From: Pocillopora damicornis
Taxonomy: Eukaryota
DNA length: 64,000 bases
Direction of reading: 5' to 3'
NCBI RefSeq assembly: GCF_003704095.1
Contig: NW_020846475.1
Span: forward strand, 310,001-374,000
Shown here piece by piece: positions 1 through 13,801 of this stretch. Numbering within the stretch: position 1 is the stretch's first letter; each line of letters opens with the position of its first letter. Below the pieces are notes generated by a model. It saw only the letters and a list, made by a program, of their open reading frames with translations. It ran no database searches and had not been told where the DNA came from. Position numbers and translations under genes: made by a program.

Positions 1-363
1 AACGAAACTACCCTTGATATGAAAGCCTGTTAGATTGCTGCTGATGGCTCCCTCTCTTAATTAAATGGGACAGATTGTCTTGGATATCTAGAAGCTTCCA
101 CTGTGACTAGCCTGAGTACCACCCCTTAGCTGCCTAATCCCTACAACCCAGCTATGAGTCTGCATTCCAGGCACCCATCATCACTGATTAGATCAAGGGA
201 AGGAACAAGGAGGAAGAACATCAAAGACAACCGCAATAAAACCACTTAAAACTTCTTAAAACAGCACATACCAGATTGATGGTAACTGCAACTGAGAATA
301 CTCTGACGTTGTGACAGTAAACAAAGCCAAATTGTCATTTTACTTAGTTCTACCTATGCTCAC

Positions 364-3300
364 CTCTCCTTTTCTGTGATCCAGCAAGTCATAACCTTTC
401 TTCTTTACACTTGTCACAATAGAGTTGTAACGAACTATCATTGTCTCCATGCCCTGAAAAAATTCAACACAGTTTGTATTGGAGAATCATTGGGAAAAAC
501 TGAAAAAAGGCTAAATTTAAAATGGACTCTAAATAGAAGTTAGGGGTAAACTTGGCTAAAGTGCTTTAAAGATAGTTCTTCCCAAAATTGTTTCTATAAA
601 CTCTGATTAGCCAAAAAAATATATATAATATTTTTAAGGAATATTTCTCAACAAATTAGGTTTGAGAATCAAGAAATGTGAAATAGTTTACCCAGTCAAA
701 CCTTAGGTACTTAACCCTTACAATGATCAAACTGTACATTCTCCTCTCAGTCTCCAAATACTATAAAGATGAGAAGTAATGAGAATTACAGTATGTAAAA
801 CATCAAGCCTTGTTATGATCGTGGAAGTGAGAAGGCTTAAGGTAAAGATTTATTCAGGCTTGAGTGACCTTGTTTGCACTGTACCTCAATTTTGATGTTA
901 TTGACCCCTGCAAAAGTCTCCATTGTGTTTAACATGTCATTGATCTTTTCCAGCCTCTTGCAAAATGCATCAAATTTTCCAAAAATATAATTCTCACTGC
1001 AGGAAGAAATTGAGAGGTTATCAGTAGGTTATCAGTCTCTTTTGTCCACAACACAACTGACATGTCCAAATCAAGTCTCAGTGATATTCAGGATAAGTTA
1101 GTACAGTACTCTAAAATGTAACCACAAAGGCAAAACATGTAGGAACAGTGAGTTGAACAGCTTACCTGAATTCAAACTGTCTTTCACTGGGATTTTCTCT
1201 AAGCTTTTGTTTGGTTCGGTGAAAGCACCTCTGATACTCCTCATTGAGTCTGATACACTCATTCAATCTTCCTGATAAAACCTCCCTGATGATAGAATAA
1301 AAAGTAGTTTAGTGCTTTTGCTAAATTTATGACAGTTTTTTCTGTCAACAGAGTCACTACTAACAACAAAATTAGCCAATTGCAGTAAAAGAAGACAGTA
1401 GTTACATGGTGAAACAGAGCAATAAAGCAGAATGATATTTCGTAATTTTATGACATTAATTTTTGACAATATGCCACAAAGTCATCAATTGTAAAATTAA
1501 CTTGATTCTCTGGTTAGGGTGTTCCATACCTTGGATGTTCCCATATCTTCATGACATCTCGGTTGATATAAGCCTTGCAAGTTGTTATCATTTGGTTTGT
1601 GACTTTGACAAAGAGAGATGTCATTCTTTCTGATGTGTTGTAGCACTGAGAGATACTGTGAATCATTCGGATGGCATTCATTAAGCTGGGAATGTGTTCT
1701 ACCATCTCTGTCTGCAAAATTCAATCACAAACATACCAGTTAAAATGAGTGAGACATTTAGTAATCATTAAAAAATTGTTATCAAGTGATCTTAGCCACA
1801 ACCTACCGGAGAGCACTTGATTAAAGGTCCAAAAAATTTATCCAGAGTGTACAAGTATTTCACATTGTCTTTGGCCTCATTAGCAGCATCTGTGATTTTG
1901 CTATCCTAGAAAGGGAAAACAATTAAACCACTTACTACTAACACCAAAATGTTGCTCCTAAAATTATACAGTTCTTAGCTAACTTGAATTACTTCTTACA
2001 CAAGTAGTCCAAGTTCACATAAGAATGAAAACAAGCCAACATATTAAATTAATCTGAATTTGAAGTCCAATACTCAGTTTACTGAATGGTAAGTAAACCA
2101 AATGGAAGTGCCCATTTGTAAGCCTGGGAACTAGTAGTGAAAGTAGAGTGTGTAATCAGATTCAATATAACCAATTAATATTAGTATTTATTCTCCAACT
2201 GCACTATGTAGAGTACAAATAATGTGCAAATTGTATACAGATGTATTATGATATTGGACAATTAATTGATTTGTGCTGTTAAAAAAACCTCTTCAAAGGG
2301 TGGCTGTAGGTGCTATGCTTCTCTTCCTGCTTCACCTCTCCCACATTTTAAAAAATGCAGCTATTCACCTAAATGTCCATGGCTAATAGTGGATGTTTAC
2401 CTTGCCACTTCATGGCTCGGTAAAAATCTACCACCAGCCACCTTCACTTGGGTGAATAGTTGTTGAGTAGCAATTAGGCAGACTTATAGATGTGAAATGG
2501 TTCAAATCTAATTCAATATATCTTTTACATAACTATGACAACAAGCATCATACCAGTTCTTTCCAGTGTTTCAAACTTCTTGACTTTGCTGCATGCAGAA
2601 CTCCTACAGTGGCCTTACAGTGATGACTTTTCACCTGATCAAGAAGGCTGGAAAAAAAAACATTGAGAGGTCATGTAAAAGTTGAAAAACACAAAAATAA
2701 AATAAAAATGAGAAGGATGAATTTTAAGTCTATAGTATTTAAATTTAAATAGGTAATTTTGTTTTAGTTTTAAGGAAAACATTTTCCTGGTTCAATTAAT
2801 TCCAAAGGAATGGCATTTCTGAAAAGAACTTATTTTTGAAGTTTTCTTTTCAAGCAAGGCAGAACAAAAACAACAAACAGGTGATTAACACATGACTTGA
2901 ATGTGCAGTTTTTTGGAAAATCAAATCTGAGAATTTAATGCTTTAATCAAACAGTACTTCTGTTAAGATGATTTGGTCTAATCGACTGAGTTGGTAATAT
3001 TTAATAAAATGTAAATTGGCCAGCACAGAGAAAATGGTGAGAGAATACTTCTGATATATTCTTTTTAATGTGTGATGGTGTGTAAACTTACACATTAAAC
3101 TTGGCCATTCTCTCTTTCCAGTGTTCAAGTTCAGCTGTGGGGCCAATATCATCAGCTTCTTTCCTCATCTAAAATAATCAAGCACCAGAAGTTTTTGTAA
3201 TTATGCAAGAATACTTGCACCTCAAGACCATACTTGACTCACTTTTGATGTGATAATGCAGTGATGTGGATTGACAAAATTAATAATAGTCATTTAAACA

Positions 3301-6300
3301 AGAACCACATTACTTGTTCACTCTCAGCTAGAACTTGTTCAATAACTTTGGACCACAAGGCAACAAGACCTTCAAGTTTGTCCAAAACATCTGGATTGTT
3401 GGCTAAAAAATAATGGCAAACAAACTTATTTCAACTTCTAAAATTCGATAGAAAGTTTGATAAAACTACAGTACTTAGATTTTTGTGTTGATTCATTTTC
3501 AACCCTTCATTGAATCATTGTGCATACACCACATAATGGTAAGGTAAAATCTGTAATTAAGCCAAGTGACCCACCCAGCTGAAGCTTTTCCCGGTTTCCT
3601 TAGGAAGAGACAAGGAGTATTCCTAATCCTCCCTGGATGAGATACCAGTCAGTTGCAAGAATACCCCCTAGCATTTCATCAGGCTTCCTTAACAATTCCC
3701 AGGAACCCCATAATACACCTGAGTGGAAACAGACATTATGAGAGTAAAGTGCTCTGCCCAAGAACACAACACATTGACCTCATCAGGTCTCCAAACCTTC
3801 CACTTGTGCACCACAAATAAAGCTGGCATGCCTTGTAAATACTCTGACCCTCACCTGCAAGCACATAATCTGTAGGAGTCCTTAGTCCATCAAGAAGTGG
3901 TCCTAAATCATGGTCCCCAAGATGAACCCTGTTAGAACAAAATTGAATCAGTTCAATTTGAATGTTTAACTCTTAGCTCTTGATTCACTCCCAGATCTCA
4001 TTTATTTAGTAATTCTCCCTTAACTGCCTCTCATGTAAGTTTGGAAAATTTGGTATTGGTTGAGCTAATAATCCCTGAATTGAAACATTCATTTATTCTC
4101 ATCACTTGTCTGCTTGATTTTCTCTCAATATTGTAAGGAGAAATTCTGTCTTCATCACTCATGTTCATATGTTTAAAAGTTTCCTTTGGTTGTTCTGAGC
4201 TATAAAGATCAAACAATGGTTCACTGTTTTCAGAATTTCACAATTTAAAATAGACCTAAAAATGTCTAATATAGGAAAATATAGAAATAAATGACAGAGG
4301 TAGTTTCCGAAGAAACTGTGGTGCTGCATCAGTAGGAGAGTATCACAAGACAATTTGGTTTTATCAACTGAGTTGATAACATAAATTTCCACTGTAAAGA
4401 GTTTGTAACACTGACGTTTGAAGAGTGTCACCCCTTTGTATGAGCAAAACATATTTATTTAAGAAACTCTCCTACAAAAGCATGTCAAATTGACACTGAC
4501 CTTCCTTTCATACTGCTTCTTGCTCCACCCAAAATTCCAACAAACTTTTCGAGGGACTCAAGAAATTCTTGCACTTGCCCACAGCTATTTGGAAGCTCAC
4601 CCCAATTCTATGAGTAAGTAATTAAAAAAGTTCAATTAAATAGCACAAAAATATTTCCCACTCTAGGTGAACATGTAAGCTAAACATTACTCAAAATACC
4701 TCTTGTTTCTGGAGTACAGGAACCAGGATACTTCCAAGAAGTTTCTGAAATCCCTCTAAAACATCACCTTTGGAAGTCTCCATGGGCATGAAGTTCACCT
4801 CCTGCCAGAAACCATCAAGAAAAAATTTTTTCAACAAACTGGTTTTAACTGAGTAACAATTACATCCTAGGTGTACCACAAGATCACTCATGAGCAAGAC
4901 AGTGATAATTGATAAATCACTTATTCCATTAGGAGAGCATAACCCATCACATTAGAAAAGGAATAATTAAAAATACCCTTTTCCCTAGCCTACAGAACCC
5001 TTGAAATTTTTGGCATTTTACAGGAAAATGGAGACAAGGGCTTGAGGAACATGAGGCTAGAGTCACAAGATTCTCTCCTTTCATCTTGATTGCTCTTTGA
5101 GCTTGCCTGACATGCTTGCCTCCATACATCAGAAATACATCTGTTCTGTTGGCTACCTTTTACCCATCACACCAATCAGCCCACATAAACATGTCATTTA
5201 CCCATACATAGACACTTTTGATTGAACACAGAAAACAGTCCAGGCATTTGTACGGTCATATTTATTTTGTTTTAATAAATATCTCAGCTCCAGAGATCAG
5301 CAGAATTTAATCTTTATGGATAATCACCCTTACAAATATTGCTTATAGACTTCAATGTGTAAAACTGTAAAATAATATGAATGACATTCACTAATCAATG
5401 TATATACTGCATATTGACCAATCAAAATTTACCAGGAGTTGGTATACTAAAACTTGGTAATTTAAAACAATTCTCAAAGGCTCTCCTTTTACAGCAATTT
5501 TCTCAACAACCACAATTTTTGGTTAAATCACCATTTCACTCATTCATCTTTCCCCCACTGAACTTATTACCAACAAACAAAACCTGTACCTGAGCAATGT
5601 TCTGTATAGTAATTGCCTTGTTTGTTGCACGGATAAACATAAGGCAGGTGCCACAGAGTTCCTAGGAGAAAATTTTATTTAGTGATTGTAAGACAAAACA
5701 ATATCACTTACAATGAATGCAGCCACTGTAATCACTGTAGCATAATCAAACCAAACCAATTTTTCACTTTCCACTCTGATCCTTCTATTATTTTTTCAAA
5801 CAAAAATTTAACAAAAAATTGTTGATTTATTCTACACCATGAAACTTTACCTCTGTATTCCCTCCTGTAATGAAGAGTTTCCTGGGAGAATTTGCTGCTT
5901 GTGAACTAAGATCAACTCTGTTTATCTGGGGATTTAACAAGTTGGGTAACAAGTATATGTTAATAACAATAATTTTTTCTTGTGCCCCATATCAGAATCC
6001 AAGATAAAAACTTTGAGAGTATTTTTACACATACAATGTTAACTGCCAGATTTTGTTCTTCTTTGTTTACATGTCCACAATTTGTCCTTGTTATTACCCA
6101 TCACCCTTACTCACACTATACAGATTTAGCCAAGCCTAAAAGCAGAGCTCACATTTTTTTTCCCCACACATCTCAAGGGCACAATGCCTTGCCCATGCCA
6201 GGACTAGAACCCAGGTCATCTGACTCAGAGCCCAGTGCACTGACCACTGGACTACTGAACAAAGCCATAGCATTGGCGTACCCGCAGTACAGTTGACCAT

Positions 6301-9300
6301 GCATGTTAAAAGTAGCACCTAGTACAGTTGTATGGTTGTACGGTCATACATCCAAATTTTTTTGGCTTGATAGGTTACTATTATTTTGTATAATTATGGG
6401 GCTACACTCTGCGAGCTCCGCTACCAGAAAAGGTGATTGATATATCAAAAACATCATTCTTCTTCTACAAAATTTCATCACAGAAACCATTCACTGGACA
6501 AATCATTTTTGATGATTAATTAAATGAAACTTAATATCATGCCATGCATTCTTATATCCAGACAAAATACAGTAGAATGCTTAAGCATCCCACAAATAAC
6601 AATCAAAACAACCTGTTCACAACCTCAAATCTGAATAAAAGAAAATATTGCAAAATGCAACTGAGATTTAAAATCATAACTATATATACATCGCTAAACT
6701 CAAACACAGGAAATGTGAGTATTGCTATATACCTAATATAAAAATGGTGTTTAATTTTACAGCTGAGAATTGTATGAAGCAGCACAAGTTTTGTACCAAT
6801 CCCTCACTACATTTAAAACGTGAAAGTGATACTGCCCTTCCCTGCCACATTTTAAATTACTTACAGTGCATTCCTGATAGAAAAACATAAGTTTTCTTGA
6901 TCCATCTGCAGCAAAGAAGTCTTCAATTTGGTCAAACTGTAGTACAGGAGAGAAAGAAAATTAAAATTATTAGTATATAATGAGTCAGCAAGGTCAAACT
7001 GAATAAATAAATCAAGACTAAATCTTTAAAAAAAGTTTGAGCTATAGAAAAGTACCTGGCAAGCAAGGTAAAATTACTATGTCAAAATAAAGGTACACTT
7101 TCAGAAGGACCACATTTTGATCCACCTGGCATCTGATAAGAAAAGACATGATAGCCATCATAATAAATGATGGAGAAGATGACAGCAACAATGATGATGA
7201 TGATTGCCAGAACGAGACAAAAATTCTGCCACAGTTGTAACCAAATTTCCAGACAGCTTTTTTTTTTCCTTGCACTGCACTGAAAACTATATTTTTTCTG
7301 CCTTGCACTCTGGACACTGAAACTATTCTTTTCTGCCTTGTACTCCACTGAAAACTATTCCTCTTACTGTCTTGCATTCCATTGAAAACTAACCTTATCA
7401 TCTCCCAAGATGAAATCCTCAACAACAGCACCATCTACCCCAATGTAGTCACTGATCTAAATAGTGAATCACATAATAAGCAGACTCTGAGGCAGTAGTT
7501 TTTTTTTAACAACTGGCACACAAAAAGTGATATCACCATTTTGCTTCTCGTTTTCTACTTTCTCATTTACACATACATCCTATTGAGGTTTCTAATTGAG
7601 AAATGTAGACTATCAGGAGAATGGAACATAGAGAAGAATATGCTGCATAACAACTCCACATTTGCATTAAAATAATGTTTGCTGGTAGGCAATCAAAATT
7701 TAGGCAGAGGGCTTTCCATAGTAGGCAGAGATTCTTTAATATCAACTGCCTAACATACACCCAAATGTTAATTTATATTCTTCAGTATACAATTGTAAAG
7801 AAATCAGTTACAGTGGAACCCCATAGATTCAAACTCATTTAACTTGAACTCCCTGATAACTTGAAAAAGATCTGACATTCCTTAACCCATTTTTTCAGCC
7901 ACTTACTATCAGCTTACTCAAACCGTTCTTTGTTTCCCTTAGGAGCTCAAGTTATCAGGGTTCTACTGTATACCAGTTGTGCATAATTACCTTGGATAGT
8001 ATAAAGTTGTGCCTAGAATCCATCTAAAAGAACAATAATGATTAATATTAAGTGAGTTATCACTGCCAAAATAGGTCCTACTGGGTGCAACTTATTAAAC
8101 TGTTAAATGAGACTCCCAAAAATAAATTACAGGACATGATAAGATCGAGCGACACAACTAATGCTCTGTTGCACTAAAAGTGACTGCACAATGCCCTTGT
8201 CCACTGAAATCAACTCTTCAGCTCCCAGAATATGTTTATTAATTCTTTCTGTTACTGGCTGCACATTCACAGGTTGATTAAAACTCTATAATTAGGCGGA
8301 TTTGGAACAAAATCAAGATGACACCAGGTAGATGAATTTCTCTATTTCATCATATGTTTCATGGATGATGTATTGAAACTGTAAGGATAAATTTTATGTC
8401 TATCACATCTAGAAATAAAAAATCTTTTTCTTTGAGTATATCTTTAATAAATAAACAACGAAAGGATAATCAATGATTTACCAACACTTACTAAAAGAAG
8501 AATTTTATCCCCCCCAACCGGGCTTCCCCAACCGGGCTTCCTGGGCTGACTAGCTATCCCTTCAGGCAACATTCCCTTTAATCGTCTGGGAGACAAAGAA
8601 CAAACTGCTTGTTTATCGAAGATCGATTACAAAACAGATTATATTTGTACCGTCATTTTTCGATGCTCCTTGAGGGCTTTGGCCTGCTTTTGTCTTTCCT
8701 TCATAGCTTCGGACCCTGTAACCAGTGTGACTGTTTTCTTCTGCTTAAAAACCCAGTTAAATAATATTGATCAACAGTAGAGACAATTAAATGAGTTGTA
8801 GACGAATAATAAATTAACAGGTGACAAAGTACACTTAACGAAACTTTAGATGCGGGAAAATATCGTCGTATGCCGAAGGTTTAAGACTAGCGAAGCAGTT
8901 CAAAGGTCCAAAACATGTACAGCATGACACAAACAATGGTTTTCATGTCAAACGGCAATATTAAAGAAAACTACGACATCAGATTATAAATGTTACATAA
9001 TTTGGAGATTCCAAATAACATATTCTGTTCGAAAACAAACTTCCAGCGTTCATAAGTTTATTTGTTGATCCCTCTCAGTTAGCTTTCAAAGAAATTTCAC
9101 TGTAAACAGGTAAAATAACATTACGTTATCTCTAAACAGAAAAATTAGATTATAATGGCGCAGATCCATTTGGGGTAAGTTCATAATTTCATTTCCAATC
9201 AAACCAATTGTCGCAGATTTGTTCCACTCACCGGGCCAGCATTTGCCGCCGTTCTTCCCGCCGATCTGGGAGCACCTCGGCGTTTCGGGCCTTTCTTTGC

Positions 9301-9668
9301 TTCTTCATCTGTGAACACGCAAAAAAAACTTTAAAATCCCTTAATCGTCCTGGGACACATCGAATATAGAGCGTGTTTACAAGCACCACTCAAACAAAAA
9401 ATACAGTCGATGTAAAATTAATGTTTCGGCGATCGAACACTGGATAGTGAAATAAGAGCTCTCCATGGGAGAATTAAGCGCACGAATGCGGATAAAGCCT
9501 ACAAAGACATCAAATAACGCTATTTTTGCTATTTTTCTTCTACGACGAAAGACAGTATTATTTCAAATGATTACCTTTTGCATTTGAGATCAACGGAGGG
9601 GCAACTTCGCCACTGGGAGGTGAAGCAGCTCTTGATCTTGCAGCTTCTTCTTGTGGAACCTCGGACAT
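364..9668 (-). CDS. DNAH5: Axonemal dynein heavy chain, outer-arm DNAH5/DNAH8-like; 5' portion (about 19 exons), continuing beyond the left edge
   Basis: ATG at 9668 ([13 protein letters not shown]). GT-AG exons at about 9575-9668, 9232-9308, 8651-8740, 7991-8023 ([11 protein letters not shown]), 7394-7456 ([11 protein letters not shown]), 6865-6936 ([22 protein letters not shown]), 5850-5935, 5590-5661, 4699-4801, 4501-4606, 3855-3929, 3314-3402, 3092-3168, 2554-2647, 1807-1906, 1529-1711 ([43 protein letters not shown]), 1166-1284, 885-996 ([18 protein letters not shown]) and 364-453 ([12 protein letters not shown]). These match the DHC_N1 region as recalled. DNAH5 versus DNAH8 is not resolved. 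Confidence 0.9.
3538..3800 (-). mobile_element. tRNA-derived SINE fragment (core and tail)
   Basis: The string 'gagagtaaagtgctctgcccaagaacacaacaca' and the flanking core resemble widespread invertebrate SINEs. It is intronic. Confidence 0.55.
6170..6256 (-). mobile_element. tRNA-derived SINE head
   Basis: The reverse complement has an A-box-like TAGTCCAGTGG and a B-box-like GGTTCTAGTCC, followed by SINE body sequence (CCCTTGAG) rather than a tRNA acceptor stem. Confidence 0.6.
7268..7390. repeat. Degenerate ~33-37 bp minisatellite (about 3.5 copies)
   Basis: The unit 'ctgaaaactatt(n)ttttctgccttgcactcca' recurs in a dynein intron. Confidence 0.7.
7811..7968. mobile_element. Tc1/mariner (pogo/Tigger-type) MITE
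   Basis: TA|CAGTGGAACCC ... GGGTTCTACTG|TA: terminal inverted repeats with a TA target duplication. Confidence 0.8.
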
Positions 9669-9838
9669 TTTCCTCTAAAATTCGAACCCGCGGGGCTTCG
9701 AATCTTCCCAAAACAACATCAAGCGAAAGTAGTATAGATCCTACAACGATAAATTATACTTTCTAGAGGCCTTCAAGGAAAATTTCATCTATATTTCAAA
9801 CGTAATTACCGCATGAATGCCTCAGCTGAACTCATTAT

Positions 9839-9852
9839 GTATCCAAGGCGAC
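9839..9852. promoter_or_regulatory. Candidate RFX X-box in the dynein promoter
   Basis: GTATCCAAGGCGAC lies about 170 bp upstream of the dynein ATG and resembles the X-box GTNNCCATRGNAAC. A CCAAT box (gattgg) is at about 9885 and forkhead-type TGTTTAC sites are nearby. Confidence 0.45.
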
Positions 9853-10339
9853 GTTGTGTTCAACACGGAGAGCTCTCTTCCATTTGATTGGCTCCCGTGC
9901 TGATGAACTCGATTACTCTCGTATTCATTTCATGGCATTCTATTGATTCTCATAAAAGAGAAATGACAACCATTATTGTAATTACCCGCAGGTAAAGAAG
10001 TAAACATTTAGTCAGCACTTTGATACCTAGGTTTTATCAGTGCTGCAATCAAACAATTTCCATGAGGAAGAACTAGCCAGAAATAGGGAGCTCGATTATC
10101 CTGCGGGTTTCGGACACGGTGATTTGGAATGAAACGAGGGCGGAATGATAATGTGTTTACAATAAGTTTCGCTAGACAGACCATCAACAAAAGTCCCAGT
10201 TGTTCTTTTTTTTTTTCTTTTTCTTTTTTTTTTTAATAATGATCTGTGCTCGCAACCACTGACACACATTTGATATGACGATGTAAAAGCTTATGAAGGC
10301 AACAACAAAAAAGAAGAGTACTTTAACGCGCAGTTTCCT

Positions 10340-10585
10340 TTTCACGTCAATCATTGCTTTTGATTGCTTTAAATACTCAAAAAAAAAACCGCGCCTCTCT
10401 CTCAACCAATCAGATGTAAAACAGAAACAAAACACGACTCGGTCCCTGGCGTTTTCCCGCGCTTTCTGTAGTTTGCTTGGTTTTCGTTGGAGTACTCATT
10501 GCTTCTTTAAAGTATTTTCCTTTCCTGTGATTGGTTATTGAAATAACTTTGGTTTGGTTTTACGAACCTCAATTGAAAAGCACTT
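10340..10585. repeat. Interspersed non-autonomous repeat (MITE-like)
   Basis: Contains 'caaccaatcagatgtaaaac...cgttttcccgcgc...tgattgg...tttggtttggttttacga..ctcaattgaaaa'. A related degenerate copy follows at about 10610-10760. Confidence 0.55.
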
Positions 10586-11425
10586 GAGCTGTAATAACAC
10601 TGATTTAATCTATAACTAATCAAAAATTGGTCACTCGCGTTTTCCTTTGCTTCAAGCAGGTTTGAGTTCTCATTGACTCTCCGAGATATTTTCCTTTGCA
10701 GCTTTGTATTAATTGTCCTCTGGGATAACTGTGGTTTGGTGTCATGACACACAAATGAAATACGCTCTTCACCGAAAGGAAACAAGAATGGTAAAGGATA
10801 GAGCACATTTCCAGGAAAAGCCGAGGACAACCCTTGAAATTAAAGCTGATTTTTTAAGAAGTATACCAATCGTAACCTCTATTTTTAGACATTTCTTTCG
10901 GGGGCAAATGTTGTCTCCTCTGCCCGTCTCCATTTAGGTTTCACATTTATCGTATACAAATTGGCGACGAGAACATTGGAAGGAGGAGAGAAACGAGCAA
11001 CAGCGCAAGTGGAGAGTACGGCTAGTTCATGGCATATTTTGAATAGAACTTAAAACACGGAGTCATTTAAAGCAACACTTTCCTTTCAACTTACACATCT
11101 TTAATTCGAAATGCTCATCTCGTTCATAACCGTGAACAGGTTATCGTCGCTGATAATCATACCGAGATAAAGAAATTACACCATTGAAGTGCGGCATCCA
11201 TGATTAAGAAAAACCTTAAACGCCACGCCCCATAAGCTACAAAAAGCCACAAAATCGACTTTGACAATGAGCAAGAAAGTGTCCGGCATAAACAAAAAGA
11301 ACTAATGTTTGTCTATTCATACGGGCTACCAAGCCCACGTTATAAGGGAAAATCACCCACGCTACGTGTGAAAGATTATCGGTTATCATCCCCTTGTATG
11401 TGTGCTTAAGTTAAGAAAACGTTCA

Positions 11426-13801
11426 TTATGCTTCCATGGGCTCGCCTTCCTGCTTCCTGACCACTTCGTCTTGCATGGCCGGAATGAGCCCCTTGCGGAA
11501 GGCAACAGAAAGGAGATCTTCAGAAGTCTTGGTCTCAGGATATTGTCGCATTGCCCACCTCAAGTACACGGCAAATTCATTCCAATCCACGGTTCCATCT
11601 TCATCCATATCCATAGCTTTCAAGGCTTGCTTCGTCTCGTCGCACCTGTAGCAACCAAAGTATGGTGCCAAGAAGCCATTGTAAAACGCATCAAATTCCA
11701 GCTTGTCATCTCGCTGGCCGTCCCTCAAATCCCATTCATCCCACATGTCACGGATCTCAGCTATCAATACCTGAGCATGGGCCCTCGTTGGTTCCTCCTT
11801 GGTTAGGACTTCGGCCATTTTTTCAGTGAGATGACCACCAGAACGATCAAACAGCATAGCTAGGCCTGCGGCACTCATGTACTCTTCTTTGATGTTTTTG
11901 TGAAGATCTTCCAACATCACCTCCTTCATTCTCGTGCCTCGTTCGATGGTAAATTGAGGATCTTCTCCAAAGAGATTTTTGAGCCTTGTTACAATCATTT
12001 CAGCAGAGGCCAGTGTGGTCATTCGCATCAGTGGCTCTTCCCCAAAGAACTTCGCCAAGTCGAACTCGTTTATTCCAAGTTTGGTAGGCATACCGAACAC
12101 CATGTCCAAGGCTCGTTCTCCGTATATGGGTTGCAGTGGATATGGCTCGTATCCAGTGGTGACCCTGCAGATCTCTTGTGCAGCTTCTCGGAGGGCTGTG
12201 CAATTGTACTTCTTGAGAACTTTCTTGTTTCCAAGGCGGACCAGGTTCATCAGGGTTACGGTAGAACTGGCTGCACCCATGGATGCTCCTTGTATGATCA
12301 TACTTGCCCAGATACCATTTGCTCCGTTGGCCAAACATGACAACTGAGTGGTGTCCACGTGTCCCCACTTTTCGTGCACGTGAACCAGCAAGTGGCCATC
12401 CTTGAAACCACAATCATCCATTTCTTTTCGAACAGCTCTTATCCACGCTGCAAGCTGCTCTGGGAAGTATTTTCCAGACTCCTCGGTAACGATTCCAAAT
12501 GGACGGATAGCTAGGGGCAAGGAAGATAAATGACGGATGACCTTGAAAACACGCTTTGGCTTTTTGATCATGCCGTCGGGAAGATCGCGCAAGTTGACCA
12601 CCACCTTGGAATCTTTAGCTAGGTTGGCATGGATCCACTTCAATCTCTCGGTAAGAAGGTCGTTGATAGCTTCAACTTTGAACTTCTTGTAATTGATCCC
12701 TACGTAAACCAAATCCATTTCGATGATGGCGTTCCTGATGCCGAGTTCTTTCATTTTCCGTAGGCCAACAGGAATGGTCTCGGTATCAGGAACCCCACTT
12801 TTGTCAACGGATTCAAGTAACTCTGTGAAGGCCCAGAGATTAGTGAAGTCTTCTCCTGCATCGTGTAGCTGTTTGATGAAAGTATCACCCAGGCGAGTCA
12901 TGTGGGAGAAGGAAGCGACGATGATGTCTTTGAAGCCGACTTTTTTTATCTAATTTAGAAAAAGAATCAAGGGAAAAACGTTTAGAAACGCTAAAACACA
13001 GCTGAAATTTGTTTCGATGATAAAGGCTCCCGCTGTGCCTCTCAAGCGGAGAGACGGTAGAATTCTGTCCACAGTCCTTCCTATTAAACACCCGTTGATT
13101 CAAAGCAATCCTCTCCGGAATTTTTCAAATGTGTTGTTATGACATGGAGCATTTCGACAAATTATCATACCTAAAGCTACGCCGACGTATCGTATAAAAC
13201 GGTTGCATTTAATCATTGATTGGGAAACACGTAAAATACATGCATATATTAGACAAATAACGTCACGGTACTCCGAAGATGCTGAATCGACGTAATGTGT
13301 GGGAATTGAGGCTCTCAAGCATTGGGCAAATTTGAAGGTTCAATTTGCATGAAAATTTTATTCAAGTGGCTCTTGGCACGCCTGTAGGCTTAACTCTTAG
13401 ATTAAGCAAACTGGATCTTTTTTTTGTTGACGCTTACAACTCCAGCTTTCATTTCTTGATGACAGTTGATAGTAGTAAGCTTCTTCATCCAAAGCGTTGA
13501 GTCATTATGATGTTATGTCTTTATTGATATGTTTTACAAATTCGTAGTCATTTCAGACAACAGAAGAATGGAAATCCAACTCAAGGATAAAGCATAATGT
13601 ACCCACCTCCTTGTAAATTTTCCATTTGTTTTCTATGGTATGCCCACGCAACTGACCCACGGTACTTTCACGGAGGGAATTGTCCAACACAAAGACGTCT
13701 AAATTTTTTAGAACCTTGGATTCTTTGCCAGCCTCGTCAATCTCTTTCTGCATTTTTTGGATTCGTTCCTTGTAGTAAGCTTTGTTTGCCATGACGCTCA
13801 T
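11426..13801 (-). CDS. Uncharacterised DRE-TIM metallolyase (2-isopropylmalate/homocitrate synthase-like) with C-terminal EF-hands, 572 aa
   Basis: Exon 13801-13607 (MSVMANK...VFVLDNSLRESTVGQLRGHT...YKE|gt) splices in phase 0 to exon 12949-11426 (ag|IKKVGFKDIIVASFSHM...). Motifs: DNSLRE (cf. DxTLRD), HVH metal ligands, GANGIWAS..GASMGAAS (cf. GA..V..T..GERxGN), QPIYGERAL (cf. KPIVGxNAF) and EF loop DMDEDGTVDWNE. Confidence 0.85.

Noticed and set aside
6195-6256. tRNA gene
   Set aside because: A and B boxes are present, but there is no full cloverleaf and the sequence continues into SINE body. The same applies at about 47838-47910.
7095-7133. Extra dynein exon ([12 protein letters not shown])
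   Set aside because: The flanking exons already join contiguously in the DNAH5-like sequence, and the donor is weak.
7268-7390. CRISPR-like array
   Set aside because: The units are degenerate and contiguous without unique spacers, inside a eukaryotic intron. This is a minisatellite.
11402-12953. Plus-strand and alternate-frame ORFs overlapping the DRE-TIM gene (likewise those over the large CEP126 exon, 43934-45025 and the GPCR)
   Set aside because: These are antisense or frame shadows of real coding exons with no recognisable motifs.
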